Assembly: GCA_032249395.1 (NCBI GenBank)
Contig: JAVVFY010000001.1
Location: forward strand, 77,476-141,475
Reading direction: 5' to 3'
Length of the DNA: 64,000 bases
From: Candidatus Aenigmatarchaeota archaeon
GTDB lineage: Archaea > Aenigmatarchaeota > Aenigmatarchaeia > CG10238-14 > SpSt-28
Shown: positions 28,109 to 37,521 of the stretch, in pieces
Layout of the letters: each line of letters begins with the position of its first letter
Position numbering within the stretch: position 1 is the stretch's first letter
Notes under the pieces: model-generated
Told to the model about the DNA's origin: nothing
Seen by the model: only the letters and a program-made list of their open reading frames with translations
The model's database searches: none
Position numbers and translations under genes: made by a program

Positions 28109-29113
28109 ATGAGTGTCTTCAAAAGAGAAGAAGCTTTATACCCAGAATATTTGCCATTGAATTTACCTCATAGAGAAGGTCAGATAAAACTAATATCTGA
28201 AAATCTTTCTTTGCTATTAAAAAACAGCAAACCCATGAACATTTTCATTTATGGTCCTCCTGGTGTTGGGAAGACAGCAGTTGCGAAATTCATTTTGAGA
28301 GAATTTGAACAATATTCTGGAATAAAGAACATTTACATAAATTGCTGGCAATACAACACTTCTTTTGCTGTTCTTTCCGAAATTGGAATAGCTATTGGTG
28401 CTTTTGTTTCTAGAAGAGGGTGGGCAAAAGATGAAATATTCAGCAGAATCGTACAAAAAATGGAAAACAACAGATTAAATTTGATTATCGTTTTAGATGA
28501 AGTTGATCAACTTATAAAAAGAGATTCAAACGTTTTATACGATTTGCTAAGAATAGAAAATTACACAAAACAGAAAATTGGTTTAATTTTTATATCGAAT
28601 GACAAGTATGTTTTCAGAAATGTTGAAGATAGAATAAAAAGTAGTTTGAATCTGGAAGAAATAGAGTTCAAACCCTATACTTTTCTAGAAATGAAGGATA
28701 TTGTTGAACAAAGAATGAAAGAAGCTTTTGTTGCTTATGAAGAAGGAGTTTCCGCTTTAGTTGCTGCAAAAGCTGCTGAAAAAGGTGATGTTAGAATTGC
28801 TTTAGAGATTTTGTTGAAAGCAGGAAGAATAGCAAAAGACAAGCTAAGAGTTGAAGACGTGAAAAAAGTTATAAAGGAAGAAATTAATCCGAAAATTCAA
28901 GAAATAATGAAAGTTTTGAGCGAAGAAGAGAAAAGAATTCTCGAAATATTGGATAAACCAAAAGCAACAAAAGAGATTTTTGAGGAATTGAAGAAAAGTG
29001 TAAGCATAAGTCGTGCAAAATTCTATAGAGTTTTAGATGAAATGATTAGAAAGGGTTTAATTAAAATTCTTGGAAAAGAAAATCGCTTATCTCTTTTGTA
29101 TAAAGCTTTGTAG
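28109..29113 (+). CDS. cdc6: Cdc6/Orc1 AAA+ ATPase
   Basis: LPHRE, GPPGVGKT, YINC, LDEVD, RIKS, GDVR, C-terminal wHTH. Confidence 0.88.
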   Translation: MSVFKREEALYPEYLPLNLPHREGQIKLISENLSLLLKNSKPMNIFIYGPPGVGKTAVAKFILREFEQYSGIKNIYINCWQYNTSFAVLSEIGIAIGAFVSRRGWAKDEIFSRIVQKMENNRLNLIIVLDEVDQLIKRDSNVLYDLLRIENYTKQKIGLIFISNDKYVFRNVEDRIKSSLNLEEIEFKPYTFLEMKDIVEQRMKEAFVAYEEGVSALVAAKAAEKGDVRIALEILLKAGRIAKDKLRVEDVKKVIKEEINPKIQEIMKVLSEEEKRILEILDKPKATKEIFEELKKSVSISRAKFYRVLDEMIRKGLIKILGKENRLSLLYKAL

Positions 29114-29178
29114 GGTTTATAAGAATCTCGATAAATATAAAAAACAGAGAATATATTATATAGGGTAGCGGGGTTTAT

Positions 29179-29297
29179 AGCGGGGTAGGGCAGCCTGGAG
29201 TGCCCGCCGACGACAGGGCGGAGGGCTCATAACCCGGAGGTCGTTGGTTCAAATCCAAAGAGGGTAAGTCTAACTTGCCTTCGGGAAACCCCCGCTA
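29179..29297 (+). tRNA. Initiator tRNA-Met(CAU) with two non-canonical introns (29/30: 29210-29223; 64/65: 29259-29288)
   Basis: A1-U72 AGCGGGG/CCCCGCT; spliced anticodon stem CCGGG/CCCGG with three G-C pairs; T-stem GTTGG/CCAAC restored by removing intron 2. Confidence 0.88.
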
Positions 29298-30241
29298 TTA
29301 TCCCGCTATCCTAACCCACTCTCTTCCTTCTTTCTTATATATTTTTAGCCACTCCTAAACTCTCGAATTAGTTGGGAAGTTTTCAATTATATAAACTGCA
29401 TCTTCCAATTTTTCTCTTTTCCTTATGATTGAAGAAGAAATAAATCTCAAGAATTTTTTAACATTATTCAAACCTGAGGAGGTTAATCCATAAACTGTCT
29501 CATTCGCAGTATAAATTTTACCCCATATCTTTACTTTATGTCCTTTTTTGATTTTCGGATAAATTTTTGAAGTAATACCAAAATTATCTCTTAGCAGATT
29601 CTTCACAAATTTCAGAATTTTTATATTAGTATTAACAATACCAAAACCAACTCTAAAATTTTTACCACATGAAATAATAGTAAATCCATCTGAATCGAAT
29701 AAACCTCTAATAAAATCAGTTGGATATTCTTTTACATAATTCATTAGATATTCGGTTTCTTTCGAAAGAAAATGAAAGAGCATCTTATTAGAAACTGACA
29801 CCACATAACCTTTTCCACCTTTACGAAGGAAACCATTTTCTGTTCTTATTTTGTAGCCACCAGGAAAGTTTAACAACTTTGATATTTGATTTGAAAAATA
29901 CTCAGCAAAATCTCTATCTTTAGTTCTAAGAATAAACTTATATTGATAATTTTTCTTCTCATTCTTCAACGTCCCATCACCAAATAAAACTCCTATTATG
30001 TAGCTAAGCTCCTTAGAGGGGTGGGTATAAAAATTCTTAGCTGTTTGCAGGTTTTATGTCTATTAGATATCCATCGGTATATTGTCTTCTTTCTGATTAA
30101 TAGATTGTATTTTTTCAAAATCTCATTCCTAATTTCTGACGACTTCAAACCTTTTTTATTAAGAAGGAGAGCATACTCATAAATTTTCAGCCTCAAATCA
30201 ATTGACAATTTTCTGACATCAATCTCTTTCATTTTAATCAT
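29298..30241 (-). pseudogene. Free-standing LAGLIDADG homing endonuclease, frameshifted (~30020) with a premature TAG (29355)
   Basis: N-terminal HTH-like ORF; other frame gives SKELSYIIGVLFGDG; FIRGLFDSDG; after the TAG the frame continues EWLKIYKKEGREWVRIAG-stop. Confidence 0.8.
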
Positions 30242-30512
30242 CTTAATTTGTTTGGTGCTTGAAACTAATATTTATTCATTTTTTATCTATTCTTTTCTTT
30301 CGGGAAAGAGTACATGATAGTGTATGCAATTTATCTTTAGTTTATGAAGAATTTCGAAAAAAACTTAGAATTATCTTATGACAAAGGTTATATACTACTT
30401 CAGCAACTACTAAAGTCCCATTTCAGTGAAAATTTGAGCTTTAGAATACATAATCTCGAATTTAACAAAATCGAATTTTTGAACTTTAATTTTTCAATTT
30501 TCAAATTCACAA

Positions 30513-31370
30513 ATGCCGGCAAATTTACCAAGGGAATGGTACATTTTAGAAGAAAAATTTAGAAATGAAAAAGATCTGGAGAAAAAGATAGAGCTTCTTA
30601 GAGAGTTGATTGGAATTACACCAAAACATAAGGGAACTGAAAATTTGTTAGCCGAATTAAGAAGAAGATTGGCAAAATTAGAAGAAATGCTCGAGAAAAG
30701 GAGTAGGAAAACTGGCAAAAAAATAAAACTAATAGAAAAAAGTGGTGACATTTTGGTTTCTATTCTTGGATTCACACAGGTTGGTAAAAGCACGTTGCTA
30801 AAACTTTTAACGAATGCTAATGTGGAGATTGGCGACAACCCATATACAACAAAAGAGCCTGTGACTGGGGTTTGTTTTTACAAAGGCGTTTATATTCAGT
30901 TTGTTGAGATTCCATCGTTCTTTCTTAGAGAACATTTAAGCATTTGTCACTCCTCTGATTTGCTAATTTTATTAGTCAGAAACGAAGATGAGTTAAAAGA
31001 AATGGATAAAATTCTTGAAGCAAACAGACTAAAAAATAAGCCTAAGATTGTCATGATGAAGTCAATTAATAATAGCGTTTTATTCGAAAATATTGAAGCA
31101 AACAAAGAGCTTTCTGAACTTTTAGATGGAATATTGAAGCAAGCAAATATTGTTAGAGTTTTTATGAAACCTCCTGGAAAAGAAGTCGAAAAGAGGGCTG
31201 TAGTTCTTAAGGAAGGTGCAACGATAAAAGACCTTATAGAAAAGCTTAATTCAGCTTGGTTAAAAACTTTTAAATTTGCAAGAATTTTTGATAATACAGA
31301 ATTTTCTAGTAGAAGAGTTGGTTTAGAGTATAAGCTAAAGGATGAAGATATTGTTGAATTACACTTTTAA
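30513..31370 (+). CDS. Shortened DRG/OBG-family GTP-binding protein with TGS domain
   Basis: PKHKGTE, GFTQVGKS, PYTT, RVGLEYKLKDEDIVE. Confidence 0.8.
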   Translation: MPANLPREWYILEEKFRNEKDLEKKIELLRELIGITPKHKGTENLLAELRRRLAKLEEMLEKRSRKTGKKIKLIEKSGDILVSILGFTQVGKSTLLKLLTNANVEIGDNPYTTKEPVTGVCFYKGVYIQFVEIPSFFLREHLSICHSSDLLILLVRNEDELKEMDKILEANRLKNKPKIVMMKSINNSVLFENIEANKELSELLDGILKQANIVRVFMKPPGKEVEKRAVVLKEGATIKDLIEKLNSAWLKTFKFARIFDNTEFSSRRVGLEYKLKDEDIVELHF

Positions 31371-31392
31371 TTTCTCTAAAATAATTAATTAG

Positions 31393-32475
31393 ATGATAGT
31401 TAGAGAGTTGATGACAAAAAACGTTTACACTCTTAAAAAAGATGATACAGTTTCGAAGGCTATTTCATTAATGAAAGAAAAGAGATTTCACCAAATACCT
31501 ATAGTGGATGAAGAATATGAAGGAATGGTTTTCTTAAAAGAGTTAATAAAGTCTAGAGGCGATCCCACAAGGACGAAACTGGAGAATTTCATAATTTATA
31601 CACCAGTTCTTAGAGAAAGAATGGGAATCGAAGAAGCAGTAAAAATTTTAGTAGAAGCTGGGTTGCGTGCTTTACCAGTAGTTGAAGAAGATAAAATTGT
31701 TGGAATATTGAGCGAAACAGATGTTGTATTGAAATTAAAAATTAAAAGATTTAATGAAATCAATGCTTCAAACATTATGAATAAACCAATAGTTGCAAGA
31801 GAGGAAGAAAAACTTAAAACTATTCTTAGGATTATGCAGAAAAATAACATAAGCTCAGTTCCTTTAATAAATTGGAAGGAAGAACTTTCCGGTTGTATAA
31901 ATCTTTTCACTTTAGCTAATTTTCTTTATAAAGAGAAAGAAAGAATAGAATCTTTTAGATTAGCCAAAGAAAGAGAAAATATTTTAAATTCGCCTGCAAA
32001 AAACTTTTCATTTTTTCCGCAGATTATAGATAAGAACGATACACTGGAAAAAGTAGTAACTCTCTTTAAATACGGAGAAGAGGTAATAGTTACAGAAAAT
32101 AAAAAGCCAATAGGAATAATAAAACCAAGGGATGTATTAGAAATTCTAGTAGTTAAAGAGACCATACCAATAATAGTTGCTGGTGTTGAAGAAAGAGAGA
32201 ATATAATAAGTTTTTTTGAAAGAAAATTAGAAAAGTTTAAAAGGCTTGGAGTAGAAAAAATAATTGCTCAGATAGAAAAAATTGGAGCTAGAAACAAATA
32301 CGACGGGAAAATAAAAATTATTATCAAAGGAGAAAGTTTAACGGCACATTCTCAAGCGTTTGATATTTACTCATTGTTAAGGGATATGAAGGAAAAGATC
32401 GAGAGAGAAATAGAAAAGAGAAAGGGGAAAATTAAAGTAAGAAGGAGGAGAATACTTAAAGCAAAAGGTGAATGA
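31393..32475 (+). CDS. Four-CBS-domain protein with possible C-terminal HPF/RaiA-like domain
   Basis: Four CBS motifs; C-terminal ~95 aa with beta-alpha-beta3-alpha pattern and basic tail. Confidence 0.75.
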   Translation: MIVRELMTKNVYTLKKDDTVSKAISLMKEKRFHQIPIVDEEYEGMVFLKELIKSRGDPTRTKLENFIIYTPVLRERMGIEEAVKILVEAGLRALPVVEEDKIVGILSETDVVLKLKIKRFNEINASNIMNKPIVAREEEKLKTILRIMQKNNISSVPLINWKEELSGCINLFTLANFLYKEKERIESFRLAKERENILNSPAKNFSFFPQIIDKNDTLEKVVTLFKYGEEVIVTENKKPIGIIKPRDVLEILVVKETIPIIVAGVEERENIISFFERKLEKFKRLGVEKIIAQIEKIGARNKYDGKIKIIIKGESLTAHSQAFDIYSLLRDMKEKIEREIEKRKGKIKVRRRRILKAKGE

Positions 32476-33039
32476 ATGAACCTTACCATTTTCTTTGTTA
32501 CAATAATGAGTTTAATTTTCATTCTACAACATCCTTTAGAGTTAGTCGAGTATTTTTCTTTTATACCCAATGAAGCGTTATATAGACCGTGGACTTTCAT
32601 AACTTCTATATTTTTGCATGCAAACTTTCAACACTTATTCTATAACATGCTCGCTCTTTTCTTTTTTGGTTCATATTTAGAATCTTTGGTAAGTAGAAAA
32701 ACTTATTTGATAATATTTTTTATTTCAGGAATTTTTGGTAACATATTTTTTCTTTTTGTAACTCATAACCCTTCAATACCTGCGGTAGGTGCTTCTGGAT
32801 CAATCTATGGAATAATAGGTGCGTTGGCGGCAATAAAGCCATATGCTATAGTTTATGTTTATTTTGCTCCTATGCCTCTGATAGTTCTAGCATTTTTATG
32901 GGGTATTATTTCTTTTATTGGTGTTTTCGTTCCTAGCAGTATTGCACATGCTGCTCATCTTTCTGGGTTAATAACTGGTTATTTAATTGGATTGATTATA
33001 AGAAAAAGAGGAGCAAGAAAATACAAGAGAATTATTTAG
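32476..33039 (+). CDS. Rhomboid intramembrane serine protease
   Basis: PWTFITSIFLH, HLFYNM, GASG, AHLSG. Confidence 0.92.
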   Translation: MNLTIFFVTIMSLIFILQHPLELVEYFSFIPNEALYRPWTFITSIFLHANFQHLFYNMLALFFFGSYLESLVSRKTYLIIFFISGIFGNIFFLFVTHNPSIPAVGASGSIYGIIGALAAIKPYAIVYVYFAPMPLIVLAFLWGIISFIGVFVPSSIAHAAHLSGLITGYLIGLIIRKRGARKYKRII

Positions 33040-33332
33040 CTTGATTTTTGTATCTCCCCCTTTGACACTTCTCCTTCTTGTGGCGTTGAAGTTACTATGT
33101 GTTTTGTTATTACAACATCCCCAACTGCTTGAACCACTGAATAAGGAACTATTACTCTTCTGGCACCTAGAAGGCGACCCATTTCACTATTTGGTTGTGT
33201 TTCAATTACTATTGATTTTAATCTAAAGCTAGTGAGGTCGATTTCTAGGTCTTTTATCCTACCTAGATAATATCCTTTGTTAGTGAAGACATCTTTTTCC
33301 AAAACTTCGGTAACTTCTTTAACAGTAACCAT
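33036..33332 (-). CDS. PRC-barrel domain protein
   Basis: VFTNKGYYLGRIKDLEID...VIVPYSVVQAVGDVVI. Confidence 0.85.
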   Translation of the reverse strand: MVTVKEVTEVLEKDVFTNKGYYLGRIKDLEIDLTSFRLKSIVIETQPNSEMGRLLGARRVIVPYSVVQAVGDVVITKHIVTSTPQEGEVSKGEIQKSS

Positions 33333-33400
33333 TTTGTCCCCCTCCAATATTCTTATTGATTTTTAGTATTTAAAAAACAACTATGAAAATTAGAATTAGT

Positions 33401-33485
33401 GCTGGGGTCGCCTAACCTGGTAGGGCACCAGCCTGCTAAGCTGGTGGGGTTTATCCCCTTGCGGGTTCAAATCCCGCCCCCAGCG
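33401..33485 (+). tRNA. tRNA-Ser(GCU)
   Basis: GCTGGGG/CCCCAGC acceptor stem, CCAGC-CT-GCT-AA-GCTGG, long variable arm, G73. Confidence 0.95.
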
Positions 33486-33494
33486 AGGGAGAGA

Positions 33495-34118
33495 ATGAAA
33501 ATATTAAGAATAGAGGATGTATTGAGGAATAAAAAAATCTCTCCTATTTCTCCCCCTTGTCTAATAGCAAAAGAACTAAAAATTAAGTATATAATAAAAG
33601 AAAACGGAAGAATAACAGGTCCAGCAGTAGGTTTATCCATATTAGTAGACAAACTGACAAGAAATTTACCCATAAAATCAATGCTCGATCTATGCTGCGG
33701 AACTGGAGCTTTGAGTAAGATTGCTAAAAGGAATAATGTTCCTAAAGTTGTTTGTGTTGATAAAAACATAGAAGCAGTTAAGAGAAATATTGATAATAAA
33801 GCTAATGTTATAATATTGAAGGCCGATGTGTTAAAATTTGAAATAAATCAATTCTTTGATTTAATAGTGTTGGACGCACCTAAAGAGTTACTTCCAAAGT
33901 TGTTTAAGAGATTCGAGTATTTTGTATCTAATTCAAACATTTTTGTCATATGGCATGGTAGTTGTGAAGAGGTCGAGTGGAATGAAAAGGTTAGAGAAAG
34001 ACTTAGAAGTATTTCTAGGGTAGTTTATTCTTTTTCAATATACGGAGAAGAAATATCAGCATCTTCATCAACAGAAAAGGGAATAAGTTGGTTAAGAAAA
34101 TTTTACACAAAGTGGTAA
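33495..34118 (+). CDS. Class I SAM-dependent methyltransferase
   Basis: LDLCCGTG, VCVD, DLIVLDAP; start moved to ATG 33495 because the longer ORF overlaps the tRNA. Confidence 0.8.
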   Translation: MKILRIEDVLRNKKISPISPPCLIAKELKIKYIIKENGRITGPAVGLSILVDKLTRNLPIKSMLDLCCGTGALSKIAKRNNVPKVVCVDKNIEAVKRNIDNKANVIILKADVLKFEINQFFDLIVLDAPKELLPKLFKRFEYFVSNSNIFVIWHGSCEEVEWNEKVRERLRSISRVVYSFSIYGEEISASSSTEKGISWLRKFYTKW

Positions 34119-34120
34119 AA

Positions 34121-34570
34121 ATGGAGTGCGAGATTTGTGGATGTGAAACAAAAAAAATATTTATAGCAAAAATTGATGGAGCAGTTCTCAGGGTTTGTGA
34201 AGAGTGTTCTAAAGGAGGGGAAATATTGAATATAATAATCAAAAATAATGAGCCAAAGAGAGAAAAACCTCCACTATATTACGAAGAAGATGAATATGAA
34301 TTAATAGAAGGTTACGGAAAGATAATTGAAGAAGCTAGAAAGAAAATTGGAATATCTTTAGAAGATTTGGCAAGAAGAATAGGAGAAAAAGAAAGCCTTA
34401 TTAGAAAAATTGAGCGTGAGGAGATCAGACCATCTGATAAAATTATAGAAAAACTAGAAAAATTCTTAAAAATAAAACTTAGAGAGAAATTTGATTATAG
34501 ACCAAAAGAAAATAATAAAAAATCATATAAAAGATTGCGAATCGCAGATGTAGTAAAAATAAAAGATTAG
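34121..34570 (+). CDS. mbf1: Archaeal multiprotein bridging factor aMBF1
   Basis: MECEICG..VCEEC zinc ribbon plus Cro-type HTH. Confidence 0.9.
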   Translation: MECEICGCETKKIFIAKIDGAVLRVCEECSKGGEILNIIIKNNEPKREKPPLYYEEDEYELIEGYGKIIEEARKKIGISLEDLARRIGEKESLIRKIEREEIRPSDKIIEKLEKFLKIKLREKFDYRPKENNKKSYKRLRIADVVKIKD

Positions 34571-34839
34571 AGAGCTTTTTTGAACTTTTCTCTGAATTCT
34601 TTAGTAGTTTCTATCAAATTTTCTATTGCTTTTTCTAGAGCTTCTTTGACATTGCCTTTCTTTACTTTAACCCATATTTTTGGTTCGCTTAAGTAGGGAT
34701 GTTCCCTAAAAGAAGCAGCCTCGCTAACATTTTTATCTTCCCATAACTGTTCTTCTATGGCACTGGTTAAAGTAAAAGTTTCTTCTTTCACTTCAATCAG
34801 TGCGCTTTTTTCATCACCTTTAATTTTTACCAGTTCCAT
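34567..34839 (-). CDS. rpoL: RNA polymerase subunit Rpo11 (L)
   Basis: EETFTL..V..A.F.EHP..P.I. Confidence 0.8.
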   Translation of the reverse strand: MELVKIKGDEKSALIEVKEETFTLTSAIEEQLWEDKNVSEAASFREHPYLSEPKIWVKVKKGNVKEALEKAIENLIETTKEFREKFKKAL

Positions 34840-34881
34840 GCTTTATAGTTGTATATTTACTTATTTATAGTTTTTCCATAC

Positions 34882-36117
34882 CTAAGGATATGATATTCTG
34901 AGAATTACTCTATAGACTTCATACATGTCGTAGCTTTCTACATTCAAATAAGGAATTTTATAAATGCTGTAAGGTTCTGTAAGGTAGGGGTTTTTATTAG
35001 AGACTGTCAGAATGAGGGAAAGAAGAGCAAGCTTTTGGTCATGAGTAGCATTATTGTCTCTGTCGAAGTCTACTATCCAAGCCACTTTTGAAGTATTAAG
35101 AACAGAGATAGGTATTTTTTTTAAAGGAGAGGCTTCGTATAGAAAGATTCGTTGTTCATTGCCATCAGTTAAAATAACATTATTATTTCCTCTAAAATTA
35201 GTGAAATTATAGACTTTCTTAAAAGACAAAGAAAAGCTAGTGTTTGATAAAATGTAAGAAAGAAAGAAATTATAGTTTTCTAATGTAAAACTTTCTCTTT
35301 CTCTGACTATCTTAACTTCCCCAGAAGTTCTAAAGTATACAGATTTAGAATTATAGTCGATTTCAAAAGGTATTATGTAATTTCTGAATGTGAAATTACC
35401 AATGTAGTTTCCAGAAGTTTGGTTAAAAGAAGTAGCGTTTATGATTATTGGAACGTTATAAAAAAACTTGTAGGGATTGTAGATTTCGACATAGGTGTTT
35501 ATAGGGGTGCTTATGTTTATATCATAAGATGGTTGTGTTGGAGAAGTCACATCTATTCCGAATATTTCTTTTGTTGTATCATCTATAACATTTCCTAGGT
35601 CTGAAATCTCTATTATTCCCCTGTTTTTAGATATATAATTTAATATCTCGGATCTATAAAGTGTTAGATTAGTGTAGTTGCAAATTATTAGCAAATCTGA
35701 ATATAAAGGAATGTTTGTTAAGTTTGAAGGAATAAAGAAAATATTAACAACTCTTTTGTTTATAACAACAGAACTATACCATGTCGAAAACTTATTTATT
35801 CTCTCTCTAGTACAGTTTGCTGCAACTATTATGGTATCTTTTATAGTTTCTTCTGGATATATAGATATAATAATAGATTCGTTTGCTATCGAAGTTTTAG
35901 ATATAAAATCTTTCAAAAAGTTATTAGAGAAAGAAGCGTTGTAGAGCTTCTCAACATAATCTAGAGAATTGAATAAATCTCTGCCAATAACAGCGAGATT
36001 TGCCAACTGCCAGTTTGTTTTTAATACTACTGGTTTAAAAATGAAGTAAAATGCTACAAAGAGCAATACTAATGCTGAAATTACTTCCAACATTGTGGCC
36101 TGCCCTAATAAAGCCAT
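34882..36117 (-). CDS. Large pilin-like/type IV pilus accessory protein
   Basis: GQ|ATMLEV class III-like N-terminus; in the T4P operon. Confidence 0.6.
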   Translation of the reverse strand: MALLGQATMLEVISALVLLFVAFYFIFKPVVLKTNWQLANLAVIGRDLFNSLDYVEKLYNASFSNNFLKDFISKTSIANESIIISIYPEETIKDTIIVAANCTRERINKFSTWYSSVVINKRVVNIFFIPSNLTNIPLYSDLLIICNYTNLTLYRSEILNYISKNRGIIEISDLGNVIDDTTKEIFGIDVTSPTQPSYDINISTPINTYVEIYNPYKFFYNVPIIINATSFNQTSGNYIGNFTFRNYIIPFEIDYNSKSVYFRTSGEVKIVRERESFTLENYNFFLSYILSNTSFSLSFKKVYNFTNFRGNNNVILTDGNEQRIFLYEASPLKKIPISVLNTSKVAWIVDFDRDNNATHDQKLALLSLILTVSNKNPYLTEPYSIYKIPYLNVESYDMYEVYRVILRISYP

Positions 36118-36581
36118 ATTATGATCTCTCCATAGCTTTTGTTGCTAAATGAAATTATTCTACTCATTTTTGCAATTTTTTCTCCAACAGCTTTAGAACA
36201 ATTTGCTATTAGATTTCCCTCTAAATAAACAACAAAATTTATATCATTTTTTAAATCTAGCAAGGTTTTAAATCTGTTATAATCTGAGTTGCAGATATCA
36301 TTAGCATACGATACTTTTAGTATTGATACAACGTTTGTTATGTTTAAACTTTCGTCAAGTAGACCAATTCTTTTTACATTTAATGAATTCCAATTTGCCG
36401 GTTCTCCGACATCATTTATCAAAAGCTCTGAAATTTGATAAGCTTCAACTAGTAGTGCTTGTCTTCTAATCTCGTTAATGTAATTAGGATAGTATGAAAT
36501 AAGTTCGTAAATCAAAAATAAAACTGAAACTACAAAAAGAGATAGAGCTGCGAATTGTTCAAATCCTACTTGTGTTTTCAT
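36105..36581 (-). CDS. Minor pilin-like protein
   Basis: MKTQ..E plus TM helix; GEPANW..RIGL motif. Confidence 0.65.
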   Translation of the reverse strand: MKTQVGFEQFAALSLFVVSVLFLIYELISYYPNYINEIRRQALLVEAYQISELLINDVGEPANWNSLNVKRIGLLDESLNITNVVSILKVSYANDICNSDYNRFKTLLDLKNDINFVVYLEGNLIANCSKAVGEKIAKMSRIISFSNKSYGEIIIWLY

Positions 36582-37493
36582 TCAAACACCTATAAGCCCT
36601 ATTCTGAAAAGAAGTAAAAAGGCACCAATTACTATAGCAGTTAGAATTATAGAATGCTTAATTCCTGCTTTAACAGAACCTTCTGCCACTTGACCGGCAA
36701 CAAGGCCGCCAAATATTGCTTGAATAAAAGATAGCAAAAAGAAAATAGATACGTAATAATAAGGTTTACCCTCCTTTAGTCCTATAAAGTTGTAAGAAAT
36801 AAAAGCCAAACCATTACAAACGTTGCAAGATATTCCAGCACAAGTGGAGCATGGATCTAAAATACCTCCAACTCCAGATATTTGTGGGTTGCTGAAAATT
36901 GGAATCAAAAGTTTGTTTATCATAACAACAACCCCAAGAAAAATAAAAGAAATTGCGTATATCATAACAGTATACTGTCTAAGAATTGAACTTCTTTCTT
37001 TTTCCATTTGATTAATCATTTCTAAAGATTCGGAAAGAGAAGTTAAAACAGAAACCAGGTTTCCCCCAGACATTTGTGATTCTTTTAATATTCTGAATGC
37101 TGTCGAGATTCTTTTATTATCTTTAGTTTTTTCTGCGAATCTATCAAAAATTTTAATAATAGGAATGTTCCAACTTATCTGATTGGCAATAGGCCTTACT
37201 ATTTTATTCAAACTTCCGTAATCATATTTGCTAACAATCTTTATTGCTTTGTGTAGTGGAACTCCTGTGGCTAGAGTTTGTGTTAAATCGTGTAAAAATA
37301 TTGGAAACTTCTCTTCCATTTCTTTTCTTTCTCTATACTTTCTGTATTCGAAGAATGCAAACACTGAAAAAGAAAAGAAAGCAGAGAGGATTAATGTATT
37401 GGCAAAAATTCCAGAATCTTTAGATAAATAACCAAAAAGAACTAATAGCAAAGAAAAGACTAAAACGCTAGCTTTAATTTTGTTTTCTTCCAT
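36582..37493 (-). CDS. Type II/IV secretion platform membrane protein (TadC/FlaJ-like)
   Basis: EEKFPIFL..G.PL..YGSL; QAIFGGLVAGQ..EGS..GIKHS. Confidence 0.85.
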   Translation of the reverse strand: MEENKIKASVLVFSLLLVLFGYLSKDSGIFANTLILSAFFSFSVFAFFEYRKYRERKEMEEKFPIFLHDLTQTLATGVPLHKAIKIVSKYDYGSLNKIVRPIANQISWNIPIIKIFDRFAEKTKDNKRISTAFRILKESQMSGGNLVSVLTSLSESLEMINQMEKERSSILRQYTVMIYAISFIFLGVVVMINKLLIPIFSNPQISGVGGILDPCSTCAGISCNVCNGLAFISYNFIGLKEGKPYYYVSIFFLLSFIQAIFGGLVAGQVAEGSVKAGIKHSIILTAIVIGAFLLLFRIGLIGV

Positions 37494-37521
37494 AGATTAT
37501 ATTTTTTTTTATAGTTAAAAT

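Noticed and set aside
28080..29180. Replication origin next to cdc6
   Set aside because: No sizeable intergenic gap or repeated ORB-like boxes seen
29355..29357. In-frame TAG as evidence of stop-codon reassignment
   Set aside because: TAG terminates many intact core genes here (valS, glmS, cdc6, sepF), and the same gene also has a frameshift
33399..33494. N-terminal extension of the methyltransferase ORF
   Set aside because: It is the tRNA-Ser sequence read in frame
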